From: Eledone cirrhosa
Lineage: Eukaryota
DNA: 64,000 bases
Assembly: GCA_964016885.1 (NCBI GenBank)
Contig: OZ024743.1
Span: forward strand, 181,784,001 to 181,848,000
Reading direction: 5' to 3'
Below are positions 1-17,394 of this stretch, piece after piece (position 1 is the stretch's first letter; each line of letters starts with the position of its first letter). The notes under the pieces were generated by a model. The model was not told where the DNA came from. It worked only from the letters and a program-made list of their open reading frames with translations, and made no database searches. Both the position numbers and the translations under genes were made by a program.

Positions 1-97
1 CTTTAAAGTATATGTTATTCATGTGTTTGTGTTCATGAGAAAATGAGGTATTGTGTATGTGTCTCTGTTATATTATATTATGACTAACTCTTTCTCC

Positions 98-136
<39 letters not shown>

Positions 137-461
137 ACTGCTTTTATTGTATATTGTATGGAAATATATGTGTGAAGTGTGTGACTGTGCGTATGTTTGC
201 TCTATATGATATGGTAAATGCTACATAATGTAAAGCTTAGACTATTATCTAAACTAGATTGAAAATAATAAAGAGTGAATTGAAATTTGCTGCTAAAGCC
301 ACCACACCCCATTTATTTCCACTCCTGGTCACAACATTTACCTTGAAAATAAAGTAATTTGTCTAATACTGCGACCACAAAATCTCACTACACCCAGTAA
401 AGTGGTTGGAGTTAGGAAAGACATATATATATTATATGTATATATATATTCTCTATTAAGG

Positions 462-640
462 CCAAGTTTGACTTGTTTACTCCCAAATATTGCTGGTGGC
501 ACTCATTTTCAACTGAGTACACTAGAGCAACGTGAACTGGAGTGTTTTTTGCTCAAAAACGCAACTCACATCAGCTCAGGATTCGAACCCCTTTACATTA
601 TGATCGTAACTCCAACTCCGTTACCACTAGGCCATGCACA
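462..640 (-). mobile_element. Diverged tRNA-derived CORE-like SINE
   Basis: Minus strand has B-box GGTTCGAATCC and a diverged CORE-like block; resembles the copies at 13075 and 18100. Confidence 0.5.
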
Positions 641-1378
641 TTCACACAACACCATTAACAAAGGGGACATTTTATAATTTATATAATAAAGATATTTTGA
701 AAAGGGGTGTATTAAATAAAACCATGAATTTATAACTAAACAAATATCAGTGAAATAAATTCCAGTAAAATCTGTTGAGAGGAAAAAGAAGAAATATGAG
801 CTGTGAAGAAGAGAAAAGTTTTAAACCCCAAAACTAGACAGGAAGCAGTATAGGCATGTTGATAGTGTATGAACGTGTAGGTGGCTGGATACTTTATACT
901 TTTAATATGGACCTTATGAGCGGGTGGATTTGCTGAAATAAATGTCGAACTCTTGACGAAAATACAGCGTAAAAAGAGAGAACTAACAGGAAAGAAAAAA
1001 TAAGGATATATACATGTATATATTTTATTTTTCTTTCCTGTTATATATACATATATATGACTATAGTTATATATACATATATATAACTAATCCAGAACAA
1101 TCTCGGCTCCCTCAGGAAAGCTGAATCTACTGCTGCTGCTGTTGTTTTCACACCACTGCCTTTTCTCCCCACCTCTCTCTCTCTCTCTGGCTCTCGTGCG
1201 ATCTGATATACTCACACACATCCTTATCTACTTTTCATATCTCTCCCACATTTTTAACCATTTCTTCTACCTCACCCCACTCCTTTCTCCTAAACACTTC
1301 TCTTTCCCTCTCTCATTTCATTATCCCCCACTCATCTCTTTACTATCACTGCTGAACGATGTCGTGGGGCTTAAAACA

Positions 1379-1510
<132 letters not shown>

Positions 1511-1597
1511 TGAAGTTGGGAATAGCACGGGAGATATATTTAAGGATCTGTTTTTCTTTTGTGATTCGTCAAAGTGACATTGTTGAAAAGCTAGTGT

Positions 1598-1785
1598 TGG
1601 TGGATTGGCAGTATCGGTAGAGGGTCGGACGCCATGCTTTCCAGCATAGTTACGTCCCTTTATGATCTGAGTTCAAATCCCGCCGAGGTTGACTTTGCCT
1701 TTCATCCTTACGGGGTCGATAAAATAAAGTACCAGTGATGCACTGGGTAATTTCTGGCCTTGTGCCTAAAGTAGAAACAGTTATT
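1598..1785 (+). mobile_element. tRNA-derived SINE family A (Meta-SINE-like core)
   Basis: A-box-like TGGCAGTATCGG, B-box GAGTTCAAATCC, core GACTTTGCCTTTCATCCTTACGGGGTCGATAAAATAAAGTACCAG, tail AAAGTAGAAACA; more than 10 copies in the window. The Meta-domain label is from recalled similarity. Confidence 0.85.
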
Positions 1786-2691
1786 AAAATATAACATATA
1801 TATATATATATGAGTGTGTGTGTGTGTGTAGAATTCCCTACCCCAACACTCTCACTCTCTCTCTCTCCCTCTCACTCAGTGACACGATGACCTCGTTTCT
1901 CTCCCCCTATCTCTCTTCTATTCCATATGTCTCCTACCACCACCACAACCGTCACCACCACCTTACTATAATAACCAACCTCAGCGCCACCACCACCACC
2001 TACTATAATAACCAGCTTCAGCAGCCCGCACCACCTCCATCATCACCCCTACCACCACCATAACCAACTTCAGCAGCACCAAATGTTGTGGGTGATGCGA
2101 GGTAGATCTTACTACTCAATTCAATGTATATACTTCGGAAACTCGAGCAAAAGAAGAACAAAAACAGGTCATGGTTATTTATTTACCGGTTTTACTTTTA
2201 GTTTTTTAAAGATTTAGTTACATCCTTTTTACGAAATTTCCTAGTTCAGATCTCGCCTAGGTTGACACTGCTTCATATTCTTCACTCTTCCAGGAATGGT
2301 AAATAGTCAAGTATTACTGAGGTTACTGTACTTGTGGCGGCCTTCACCCGGAGTGGGTTGAGCCGGCCTCATCGAAGGAATTCACGGTATAAGTCCATTT
2401 CAATGAACTTTCTTTCGGCGTTTGGTTTCATAAGTGGTGCCCAGCCGCAAGTATATCCACTTTAGTATAGGGCAATCCAAGCATTTGGGGGAGCCAATGC
2501 TGTCACGGGAATGCATGGGAGGAAGTTTGGGCCGGCAGAGGTGATAAACACAAACTATTTGAGCCTCTCGTTTTTATGGGGTCGATAACTTAAAATACCA
2601 GTAATGCACTAGGGTTCATTTAATTGTTCCTCCCTCTTCCCTTCAAATTGCTAACCTTGTGTCAAAAGTAGAAACACTTTTAATCCTTGTA

Positions 2692-2785
2692 ACTTTAGTT
2701 TGTCTACAATGGTACTTTAGTTTTTATGTTTACAATGGTATTTTAGTTTGTCTGCAATGGAACTTTAGTTTGTCTGCAATGGAAC
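2692..2785. repeat. Short ~21-bp tandem repeat (ACTTTAGTTTGTCTGCAATGG), ~4 copies
   Basis: Direct reading. Confidence 0.75.
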
Positions 2786-3054
2786 GCTAAGATTTGTTGT
2801 TATATGAATCAGTTTCTCTTGATGGTAAGAAAGACTCACTGCTTTCTTTTAAAAAGAGACGAGATAAGAAACTGGTTTACTCATTAAATAAATAAGACTT
2901 TGTATTTATAGCAGCAGAAGATGGTAAAATAGATAAATAATAAACTGAATAACTTCAAATTAATTCTAAAAGCTTTCCTTGTTATAATACAACATTTAGG
3001 GTCCCTCTCTCTCACTCTGTATTTCTCTCTCGCTCATCCCGCCCCACCTTCATG

Positions 3055-3525
3055 GTGTAAGGCAAAGCTAACCTTGGCGGGATTTGTACTCAGAATGTAA
3101 AGAACAAGAACAAATACTGCAACGCATTTATTGGGTGCTCTACCGACTCTACGAATGTACCACCACCAATAATAATAATTGTTTCTACTTTTGGAACGAG
3201 GCCAGCAATTACCCAGTGCATTACTGGTACTTTATTTTATCGACCCCGTAAGGCTGAAAGGCAAAGTTAACCTCAAAACATGACGCCCAACCCTCTACCG
3301 ATACTGCCAATCCACCGCACCACCAATAATAATAATAATTGTTTCTACTTTAGGCACAAGGCCAACAATTACCAAGTGCATTACTGGTACTTTATTTTAT
3401 CGACCCCGTAAGGATGAAAGGCAAAGTCAACCTCGGCGGGATTTGAACTCAGTCCGTAAAGGGACGTAACTACGCTGGAAAGCATGGCGTCCGACCCTCT
3501 ACCGATACTGCCAATCCACCGCCCT
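3055..3525 (-). mobile_element. Three head-to-tail SINE-A copies separated by (AAT)n
   Basis: Partial 3055-3170, internally deleted 3175-3325, full 3335-3525. Confidence 0.85.
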
Positions 3526-3683
3526 TAATAATAATAATAATGTATATATCTATATTAACCGTAAGGGAAACCGATGGAAATTATTTAAAAAAACAAACAA
3601 ACAGAAACACCACCAAGAGTGGGTGGTAACATCTTGTAGGGAGAAACGAATAAAACAGATTCGTATGTTAATTAATATGAACT

Positions 3684-3723
<40 letters not shown>

Positions 3724-4087
3724 CGGTGGTGGTGGTAGTAGCAGTAGCAGCAGCAGCAGTGTTGATATGATCAGCATTTACTGTTAGTTAATTTGTTATA
3801 GAAAAACCAAACTTGACTGAGTGAATGAGTCATAAGAGATACGAGGTGGATCTATGAAACGTTGGAGAAACAAGAATTTCTCTCGCTCTCTCTCTGTCTC
3901 GTACCCTCTTTCTTTCTCTCTCTCCTTATGTCTCTCTCTTTCGCTCTCCCCCTCTCGGTCACTCTCTCTCTATATATATATATACATGTGTGTGCGCGCG
4001 ATTTTCTGAACAACTGCTAACCACTTTGTGAAGAAATTTAATGCTCTTTCCCCCTCCTCTCTCTCTATTCATACACACAAACACACA

Positions 4088-4136
<49 letters not shown>

Positions 4137-4305
4137 GGAGGTGGGGTTATGTTAGTAGTATAAATAGACTTGCCGATTTGTTATTAACAGTCTAGCTATG
4201 ATGGTGACTATAGCCAGCAGTACAGCTTTCCAAACTCGTTCAGACAATATATATATTCATGTATTTATTTCTCTCTCATACACACACACAGATATATATA
4301 TATAT

Positions 4306-4502
4306 ATAGGAACCAGTAAGACCCCGACGGCTGAGCTCAAGCCGTTTCGACGGCTAATTCTAAGTCCAGAATTAGCCGTCGAAACGGCTTGAGCTCAGCC
4401 GTCGGGGTCTTACTGGTTCCTATTACCCACTCTACTACCCTAAGTATTGAGTACTTTGGTGCGTTATGGTCCACCTGGTTCCTTACCACATTTCCTTCGT
4501 TA

Positions 4503-4503
<1 letters not shown>
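4306..4503 (+). mobile_element. Small fold-back element (56-bp perfect inverted arms plus ~80-bp tail), family H copy 1
   Basis: Arms 4306-4361 and 4368-4423 are perfectly complementary; homologous copy at 50008-50206; flanked by (TA)n. Confidence 0.8.
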
Positions 4504-7028
<2,525 letters not shown>

Positions 7029-7620
7029 GTGTGTGTGAGAGCACTCAATACTGAAGTCGAGTTTTAATATTCATTTTATTAAGGCTAAACAAATTAACGT
7101 GATAGAATAGATTTCAGAAATCATTTAAAACCTTAAAGATGTTTCAATACAACTAATACTTTAAAAATTTAGTAAAAAAGGGAAAACATAGTGATTGAAA
7201 AACTAATATAGATATATTGTGGAAAGCTACTTAAGAATTGGATTGCTATCCAGTGTTTGCCTCTTTGGTGTATCGCTAAGCAGCGACACAATGCTTCAAC
7301 TTTCACCCAGTTATCAGGGAGGTGGCACGACAATTTCAAAGGAAAGGTCAAAATAGATGATTACCTAACAATGATCTTTTGATCTCGAAAGGTCAAAAGC
7401 ATTAATACATTCAGAGATTAAATGCTCAAAAATAATTGTTTCTACTTTTGGCACAAGGCCAGCAATTATTCCAGTGTATTACTGGTACTTTATTTTATCG
7501 ACACCTCAAAAATAATGTTCGGAAGGCAGTTATCTACCTCTAATAAACGGCTTCACACATTGACACAAGAGCACAATTATTCGTAAAACCAAGCTAATTG
7601 TGCATGTATATATATATATA

Positions 7621-7786
7621 CGAGTGGGTGCTGAAAAGTTCCTGGCTTTCAGTAAAAGAAAATACAGGAGGATCAGTTCCACACACTTCTTGCAGCAGTC
7701 CTTCAGTTTTTCTAAGCCCTGTAAAAAGAATTCGGAAGATTGGGTCTTCAACTACCCTTCCGCCAAGAACATTTTAGTACACCCTC

Positions 7787-7787
<1 letters not shown>
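7621..7787 (-). mobile_element. Mariner-derived MITE
   Basis: Imperfect TIRs CGAGTGGGTGCTGAAAAGTTCCTGGC and GCCAAGAACATTTTAGTACACCCTCG with TA flanks; internal minus-strand FFLQGLEKLKDCCKKCVEL resembles a mariner transposase C-terminus. Confidence 0.8.
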
Positions 7788-7839
<52 letters not shown>

Positions 7840-7920
7840 GTGTGTGTCTGAGTTTTTCTTTGTTTTGTTTTTTTTTAATGAACAGATATAAATGAACAGA
7901 TACATATCTATCACTAATAA

Positions 7921-8078
7921 TTTACGGTCTGAGTTAAAATCCCGCCAAGGTTAGTTTTGTCTTTCATCCTTACAGAGTCAATAAAATAAAATATTAGTAA
8001 GGCACTGGGGTCGATTTAATCGACTTTCCTCTTTCTCCACAAAATTGTTGACTTTGTACCTAAATCAAAAACCATTAT
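7921..8078 (+). mobile_element. SINE-A, 5'-truncated, just upstream of the splice acceptor
   Basis: Family A core and tail match. Confidence 0.75.
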
Positions 8079-8118
8079 TGTTTCTTTATTTTGATGTATT
8101 ATTTTTTTTATTTTTCAG

Positions 8119-8480
8119 AGGAAGGTCTTTCACAAGATAACGGTGTTCTGGTTCACTGCTTAGCTGGAATTAGCCGGTCCGTGACAGTAACTGTTGCCTA
8201 CCTTATGCAAAAGATGTCTATTACTTTGAACGATGCTTATGACCGAGTGAAGAAATGTAAACCAAATATTTCACCGAACATAAACTTCATGGGCCAGTTG
8301 TTGGACTTTGAAAAATCTCTAAATTGTGACAACGAAAGTTGTGTTGAACTATTAACCCTTAGCAACCATGAAAGTTCGCCCATATTAAGCAGCAGCCCCG
8401 ACGAGAAAGACTCAGATGAAGAAAGATCAGAAGAAACAGATGATAGTCCGGATTATAATGTGAAATTAATGTCGTTGTAA
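8119..8480 (+). CDS. DUSP6/7-like: Terminal coding exon of a dual-specificity MAP kinase phosphatase (DUSP6/7/9, MKP3-like)
   Basis: Catalytic [21 protein letters not shown] and [15 protein letters not shown] motifs; T-rich tract then CAG ending at 8118, phase-1 junction; stop TAA at 8478-8480. Upstream exons are not seen in the window. Confidence 0.93.
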
Positions 8481-8600
8481 CACAAACAGCTCAGGGAGAT
8501 ATCCAAACCAACCACAGTTCATTATTTGTGAAACTTCAGATGTTTTTTTTTTGTTGTTGTTGTTTTCACACCATTATTGATTATTATTTTTTTTATTATT

Positions 8601-8824
8601 GTGGAGGTGGATTGGCAGTAATCGGAAGGGTTCGGACAATATGCTTTGCAGCACATAGTTACGTCCCTTTACGTTCTGAGTTCAAATCCCGCCGAGGTTA
8701 GCTTTGCCATTCATCCTTACGGGGTTGATAAAATAAAGCACTAGTAACGAACTGAGGTCGATTTAGTCGACTTTCCTTTCCCCTTCAAATTACTGGCCTT
8801 GTGCCTAAATAAGAAACCATTATT
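8601..8824 (+). mobile_element. SINE-A in the presumed DUSP 3' UTR
   Basis: Full head, core and tail; a further diverged copy lies at ~8945-9150. Confidence 0.8.
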
Positions 8825-9155
8825 ATTTTATTGTACTGATAATAATAATTTTGGTTAGCTATGTTATTGAAACCAAGTGTTTCGTCATTGATTGATTCCG
8901 ACAACAAGGAAGAAAAAAAACTGAAATACCACTACATAGGCACTTCTTGTTGGCTGATAGAGTGAACGACAAATTGCCATGTGGTATATAGTCACGTTTC
9001 TTCACGTTCTGAGTTCAAATCCCACCGAGGCCAACTTTGCCTTTAACTCCACTAGGGGTTGATAAAAGAAGTACCGAACATTTATGTACTGGGGTCGATA
9101 CAATCAACTGTATGCTTCTCCTAAAAACACTTTGCATTGTGCCAATGTTATATAA

Positions 9156-9202
<47 letters not shown>

Positions 9203-10739
9203 CGTGTGTACATGTGTGTGTGTGTACATGTGTGTGTGTGTATTATATATGCGTATATATATATATATATTGCTGTGTTGCCTTTGTATAAATTGGCTCT
9301 TTTCATTTTATGAAAGTCAAGGAAATGAGTGTAAAATAAGAGGCGGGAAAATGTTTCATATACATGTTGATCATCTTCATCGACAGAATTGTCACAATTC
9401 TCATCCTCATCCTCGTTATTCTCATTCTTACAGAGACCATAGTCATAGTCACCCTTTCATCATCATCATCATCGTCGTCATCGTCAACACCACCATCACC
9501 CTCATCATCGTTATTTAAAATCACAAATGTAAATAAATAAAATGATACACCTACTTGACTCTATCACTGCTGAAAGAACGAAAGAAAGAAAGAAAGACTG
9601 GGCAATGGTGAAAAGAAAAGACAAGACAATAAGAGAAATCAGTTTACATTAAGCTCAAATGTTGATTACGTTTCAACTTCCAGGGTGAAAAATCTGGTTC
9701 GATTCCAGTTTCTTGCAGAACTGTATCAGTTTTGTTGATCTGTCTGGTGTTCATTGATGAAAAGCAGCTGTAATATACCACTATTAAAATAGATTCTAAT
9801 TTTATACACACCCCACCCCTCACCCACCTTCCTCCGGTATAACTTCCCAATGACGTCATATGTTCCTCCTTGCCATCACCAAGATTGTTCATTTGTGAAA
9901 CGTTTTTAAGAATTTTATTTTTATTCATACAACCCACGCATGAAACAGATTGACATTTTGTTGAGGGTGAAGATATATTTAACTGTAAGCCTTTTTTTTC
10001 CCCAACTATTTGGCAAATTATATAAAGTAAATGTGGTATTGGGGAAATATTGAAGTCGATCAAACTAGCTTTGTGGAGGTGGAGTTACAATAAAATATAT
10101 TATTTATGTTAAAGAAATGAAGAACAATTTTGAAATAGCAAATAAATATACAATTACTTTAGTAATAAAACAAAAAAGCGTTGTGTTGAAAACTGCTTGA
10201 CTGACATAAGCTAAGTAAGTGTAGGCCGCCTCTTTGGCTAGTAATAGCATGGAAACAGGATATATGGTAAGGCACACACACAATTGTATACTTGTAAAAA
10301 TACAATAAAAGTAGCAAACAAACCAATACATGGGGCAAAGTAAGAAAAAATAGAACTCTGTTTTCTAGACAGGCTGGCAGGAAGTTGCTAAAACTTATAT
10401 CTCTCCCATTAATTAATTTAATACTTAACACAGCACTGCTAAACAAGCTTAAACTTCATACAGTGTAATCATGTATGCAAATGAATATTCAAGAACCGTC
10501 TGTGATGAGGCAAGTCACGCCCATCCATTCATTCCACACCGTTCTTTTCACATTTTTATATAATATATACATGTTTATATACATATATGTATATGTTGTA
10601 CTTTGCATAGTTTTGGCAAGGTTTTACGGGCTGAATGCCCTTCCTATCACCAACCACTTTACAGCATGGAATGGGTGCATTATTCGTACCACAAGCACCA
10701 GAGAAGTTGCCTCAGTGAACTGAAGGGTCATATCTGCCC

Positions 10740-11045
10740 TGTATCAGTTTTTATTAAGAGTGGCTGATCCCCTAGACGGGTTGCCTTCTCCATGGCTTAC
10801 GGAGTCCACGTCTACTCCATGCAACAACGGACGTAAAATGATAATGATGTAAGTATGTTAGGTCAGAGCTCAGATAACTAGAGACCTACTACTGGTAATC
10901 ATGTAAACCACCACAATATGTGAAGGGTTGGGCCGTCAGTGACTAAATCTCCCCCACCCCACAAGAGTCGTACCTTGATTCGTGAGGAGGGAGACTTTTG
11001 GACACCTGTGGTATGAAAACCAAAACCTATCAAAGGTCCACCAAG
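10740..11045. mobile_element. RTE-related 5'-UTR-like repeat fragments in two orientations
   Basis: 10855-11045 (+) aligns with the minus strand of 19260-19420 (TACTGGTAA..GACTAAA..GTGAGGAGGG.GACTTT..AAAACCT.TCAAAG); the RTE assignment is from recalled similarity. Confidence 0.5.
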
Positions 11046-12227
11046 TCAGAGAAGCATCTATTTTTTTATATATAATTTAGTTAAATATAAATTTAATAAA
11101 TAAAGTATTTTTCTATCTAAACGAAGAAATAGGTGGCGTTAAATACAGAATATTTACATTTAAAATAGTCGAACAAAAGACAGAAAACATTAAGAATAAA
11201 TTGTATATTCTGAAAATTATATTTATGAAATTTTTATATGAAACATATTTTTAAAAACTCAAAAGAAACGACAAATATTTTACGTAAATTTTTTATTGTT
11301 TTGTTATTAATGTTAACAGATGAAATAGTTTTATACTGTATTAGCAGCAGTTTGTCAGTTATATATATATGGCGTTGTTTTGATGTTTTTAATATTTTTA
11401 GAAGTTTCTTACGTCAACTGATTAGATATAACTTGCAATTTTTCCATTTTATTAAGGTCAAAATCAGTTAAAATCTTTTTTATTTATTTATTTTTTTTTC
11501 TTTTCGTCTGAAAACATCTAACTTCCACTGTATAGTTGACAAATTATCTAATAAATCGATATCATAATCAATATTAACATCATTTCCACCATCACAGACA
11601 TCTTGCAATTCGCAGTTTATCATCATCATCATGTCATTTGTTGAGTTTGGTATTTCGGCAAGTTTTGTTTCATTTGGTTTAAACGTCAAAACAAGCTGTT
11701 TTCCAACCCAATCAAACATTTCCTTTTGTTAAATACGTTTTCAGCATGACTTTTTTTTTTTTAAACTTGACTCATAACTCTTTAGGACAGTAGATATGGC
11801 TCTTAAAACTATTCAAAGATGAGCCGCATACTTTTTTTTCTTTAGTCAAAGCAGAGAAACTTTGCTGAATTGATGTACCAGTGGTGCCAAACTCAATTTA
11901 GTTGACTATAAACTCTTTCTTCCTATCGGCCTTGTGCCTACTCAAATGAAATATTTTGGTAACAATTCCCATTCACCACAACCCATGTCTTAAAAATACT
12001 GATTTGACACAGCAGTCTTCTAGTTCTGAAGTTCTGTGACATTTAACGAAATTATTTTTCACTTAAACGAAATATAGTTTGTTGTAATTAATCTGAAGCT
12101 AATCTCAAAAATATCTCTTTTTTTTTTTATATTATTCATAACCACTTTTAAGGTACACACATAAACATATATATACACACACACACAAATATATATGTTA
12201 TATATATATATTTATGTGTTTATATAT

Positions 12228-12725
<498 letters not shown>

Positions 12726-13074
12726 CCAGTCGCGTTAACGCTCCGGTTTTGGTTGATATTTTAGCCTAGTGTTTCCTGTGCCGCTTATTTCTAGCTGTAG
12801 CATAATAGTCTGGAAAGAGACGTCGGCTCCACCATAGTCACATACCTTTCTCACACTCCAGTAAAGGTTACGAGATATATGGATTTCATTTCAACTATAT
12901 TTATAATGTGGCATAGTGGTTAGGTCATTTGACTCAGGATCTTATGAACACGTTGTGTCCTTGAATAAGATTCTTTATTTAACATTGTTCCAGTCCACTC
13001 AACTGAAAAGCAGGTTGTATGATGCCTGTTTTAATACGGTAATGAGACACGGCCATTGAAAACAAGGGATATGT

Positions 13075-13370
13075 GAAGGCACGTGGTTTTGTGGCTAGGG
13101 TATTTTGCTCACGATTGTACGGTCGTGAGTTCGATGTCCGGCGGACCGTTGTGTCCTTGAGCAAGACACTTTATTTCACATTGCTCCAGTCCACTCAGCT
13201 GACAAAAATTAAGGTGTACCTGTAATTTAGTATGTTCGTTTTGTTACACACTTTGTCCCACTGAATCTCCCTGAGAATTACGTTTATGAAATGCTCAGCT
13301 ACTTACACGTTAATGTTGTTCATACAACTGGAACACTCGTCGTCGTAATCGACGGATGTCCATCAACAGG
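13075..13370 (+). mobile_element. tRNA-derived CORE-like SINE family B
   Basis: GAGTTCGA B-box then TTGTGTCCTTGAGCAAGACACTTTATTTCAC; related copies at ~12910, 14300, 15040, 16040 (-), 17790, 18100. Confidence 0.7.
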
Positions 13371-13789
13371 GTTTATTATATATAGATATGTCTGTATATC
13401 TACATATAATTATTTCTTCAATTTATTGGTTAGCAATCAGCTAATTCGTTTAATTAATCAATATTTCGTTTATTAATTCATAAAATTCTCCCCTTTTTTT
13501 TTAAAGTCTAAAATATTTTTTTGTGGAAAATTACAGCCTTCCCAAATTATCACTAATATACAGATGGAATTCATTTGAATGTCTTCACATTATTTTATAT
13601 AAAGTATCTCAGTAAGTGAGTTGTAAATATTGTACAGATTGTTATAAAAGAATCAATATATCTCTATATATTTTGTTTAAAAAAAAAACGTGTTTGTGTT
13701 TTCATTCTCAATTGTTTTCATATAAAAATATTTTTGTTATTGCATTTGGTAATTGTTACTGAGATGGAGATGAAGGAATCGTACTAAAT

Positions 13790-14150
13790 CTGGTCAACTC
13801 TCCTTGATGTCGCATGTAGCGACACATTCTCCAGCGGCAACATTGTGCAATCAGTGACTAATCCAGGCTCTGCTTCACTTCGGGCCGATTAGGGTTAACT
13901 TTCCAAGTATTGGTCGCTCTCCAACAGGTATACGGTCGAGCTCGTAGCAGTGGAGACTTCTGGTGTTCTTGGCCCTAGAACCACCTAACTACTCCCCGCC
14001 ATCGGCACGGAGTTGGCTACCCGAAGGGGCAAGACTCGCGAGCTGAAATGGCTCTTCCAACGCGTCTCTCTCACCATCCTCCAGGGAAACGCCTCTATTC
14101 TGTTCGCCAGGGACCGCGGGGCAGCCACGCGTGGGCCCCCATTTGCTTAA
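13790..14150 (+). pseudogene. 3' fragment of a CRE-clade LINE (restriction-like endonuclease domain)
   Basis: Manual translation: DVACSDTF..SKYWSLSNRYTVELVAVETSGVLG..WLFQRVSLTILQGNASIL, with stops; not in the ORF track. Confidence 0.75.
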
Positions 14151-16249
14151 TAATGACAGATGGGGAGAGCGAAAGAGATGGAAGCAGTGAGTAAAAGTAT
14201 TTTATTACATCTTGTTTGGTATATGACCATGGAAATAACATCAACGACAACTCTCCTTTGTCATGTAATATTTCATCGTGTTCTATGGTCCAGCTTGTGG
14301 ACACAACCGGTCGAATGACTAAAAAGTTCGCTTGGCAATCAATAAGTCCCGGATTCGATCCCACTGCGTGACATCTTGGAGAAGTGACATTTACCATATC
14401 CTCGGATCAGCCCAAATGTTGTTGGGGAAAATAGGTAGATGTTTGGAAGATAGACCGTGTCTGTAATTCAAATGCCAACCATGTCATATTTTGTCACATC
14501 AAATCTCCCTGTGAATTACGTAAAAGATCCGCGGTAATTTCATGAAAGCGTCTACCGTTGATCGAACAACTGCACGACTCATCTTCAAAACTGATGAAGG
14601 CCCATTATATCGTCCAGCAACTTTAAACATATCTTCCTTTAAAACCGTCTTCAATTTTATAGCGACTGATATTCGCAATCTGAAGATAGTTAGAAGTTAC
14701 AGAATCCTTTTACTACCAAACCACCCCTAGTTCTATAATAGAAAACTGTTTTAAAGTGTTTTTCTTTATTGAAAAACCTTCCGTCTTAATTTTATGTAAG
14801 AACTCGTTATCACCACCTTTAAAACCAGTAAGTTATCTATATTTCTAAATCCAACTAAATTCTTGATTATTTTCAAAATTATTTGAAAATTCTATACAGA
14901 GTCCTTCAATACAAATATGGTAACCGAAAAGTTAACATCAAGTCAGATTTTATCGATGTGATGTGATCAAAAGCATCACAGTTGTGCTCATTTCGTCTAT
15001 ATTTTGAGCATAGTGTATATCTAGAAGAGTGGACACAGCATGGTTGAGAAGTTCTCTTCACAATCACGAGGTCCCGTTTTCGATTTCATTGCGAGGTATC
15101 TTCGGCGTCATTTACGAATGTCATTAACCCATGCCTTATTAGTGGAATTGGTTAGACGGAAACTGTTTTGAAGCCCATCAGATGGACTGTACCTGTATTT
15201 CAAAGAGTCAGCCTTGTCACGCTAAATCTTCCTGGGAATTGTGTTATAGGCACACGTGTCTATGGAATGCCCGGCCACACTTCCGTTAATGGAACAGTTG
15301 AAAACCTCATCGCTGAAAATGCCATTGGTTCATAGTGTATTTACGATTACATTGACTATTTCATGTTTTCTCTTGTTTTTAGAAGCTGGGTGTGATGTTG
15401 GTACCATGATAAAATGCACCCAGTCCACTCTGTAAGATATTAGTGCTAGTGTCATGAAAAACACACACAGTACACTCTGTAAGGCAGTTGATACTAGGAA
15501 GGGAATTTATATACAGAAACCTTGCAAAATAAAGGATTAATGGCCCCGGCCCATCTGAGTGTGATTTGAGGAGTCTATTTGTAACAGGTTCAACTACAAC
15601 ATAGATGTCTTTCTTTGACTCAAGATGGCTGAAAGTTTATTGCTGTATATGTGTGGAACCTGACACATACATCAAACAAATTGTACAATCATGCTCTAAG
15701 AAAAGATGAAGACAAATGATCTCATTTATTTTTTCTTTTTGATATCTCAGTCATCATATAGATATGTTTTACGTTTCACACAAAAACTAAATATATTTTC
15801 AATTTTCCCCAATGCTTCGTAAACTAACCAAATGGTTACACTTCCAGCTAAACACAAAGCTTCTAAGCGATGGTATCAGCCAAATGTGCTTTAGTGTAAT
15901 GGCTAAACGTAATTGTATGGCATACCACAGATGTGTGGTTCGATGCCTGCGGGCGTTTCTGACCACTATTTTACCTTACACACATTGTGGCCACTTCCTC
16001 AAAAAGAGCAAACACACACATACACATATATATATATTTCACTCCCAATGCGTTGGTCAACTGTAGAAGACACTTGTCCAAGGTGACGCCTAGTGGAAAT
16101 GAACCTGAAACCATGAGGTTACGAAACGAGCTCTTTAACCAAACAACCTACCCCCATATATATTTGTATATAGATATATATGCTTGTATATATATATATG
16201 TGTGTGTGTGTGTGAACATATATATATATATAATTTTTTTTTTTTTTTT

Positions 16250-17394
16250 GAAGCCTCAACAATGCAGATGGGTAAATCTCCGGGTAACAGAATCCGGTGG
16301 TGAAGAGAGAGATGTAAGGGAATGTAAAATGAGATGTATAGTGTGTAGAGGAACGTAGGAAAGAGCGTTAAAAAAATTAAAATAATAACACGAGATAGAG
16401 TTACCGTGGGAGAGATTTAATTGTCCCTATATTTCGGATTCGCATCCATCAACTAGGGGGGGGGGGGGATGATATCTGTCGGAGAGGAACGGTACGTAGC
16501 CTCTGTTGTCCGCTGTTTATGTGTAACTGAGGTATTTTGTAGAGCGCACGTGCGCGCGGATTAGGTGCGGTCAAGCAAAGGTCAAAGCAGCTCCTTTTTA
16601 TTGTGGGAGTGGGATGGCGCTAGCTGTCAATTCATTGTACTACCTATATGTACTTTATCTTTGGTACTAGCAGTGTAGTAGTCTGTCTGGTCGCTTGTTG
16701 GTCGGGGCGCTAAACACACAATAACAATCGTTCGAATGCCACTGTGTGTGGTGCGTGTGTTCTTGTCTCGTTTGTTTACACCAGCCACCTCGTCTCGCTT
16801 CTCTCGGATCGGTTATTTATTTGCGGTGTCAGACGTTTGATCCAAAGTGCTTCCTTGATTCGTAACGTGCCGACGTTGCGTTCTGTCGCTAGCACTGTGA
16901 CAATGGGCCTTCCGTCTTTGTTTCCGCATTTGGTTATGTGTTTCCGGAAAGACGACGCACTGGTGTTGATTTGCTCCTTGATCTGGATATGTAGCGGCCG
17001 GATTGTGCTACCGATATAGTAGTGGTTGCACTTGTCACATTCTACCTAGTATACAACGTATGTGCGTAAGCAACAGTTCGTATGGCGCATCGGACAGTTT
17101 CTGAGGGAACACGCGGCAGTCGATTTCCCGGGTTTCCTGGAGAAGCATCTCCGTAGGGAGGGGCCCGAGTGGGCCAGGTGAATGTCGAGGCCCTCTCTCC
17201 GTATAGCCCTGCAGATAGCGTTGGTGGTTTTCTCGCTCAGGTGTGGGATTTTAAGGAAGCGCTTGCCTTAGGTGTTTCTCTGCCTCTTGCGTCTGGTGTC
17301 TCTTACTGTTTGTAAGCGAGGCTGGATTTCCGTTCGTCTCCAGTACCCTGAGGAATCGCTTGGTGTGGGTGACACCACTCACGGGATCGCTTCA

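Noticed and set aside
1598-1690. tRNA genes at A/B-box sites
   Set aside because: These are SINE heads with a shared core and tail; no cloverleaf
2330-2560. GC-richer island in the presumed intron
   Set aside because: No recognisable ORF, second copy or structure
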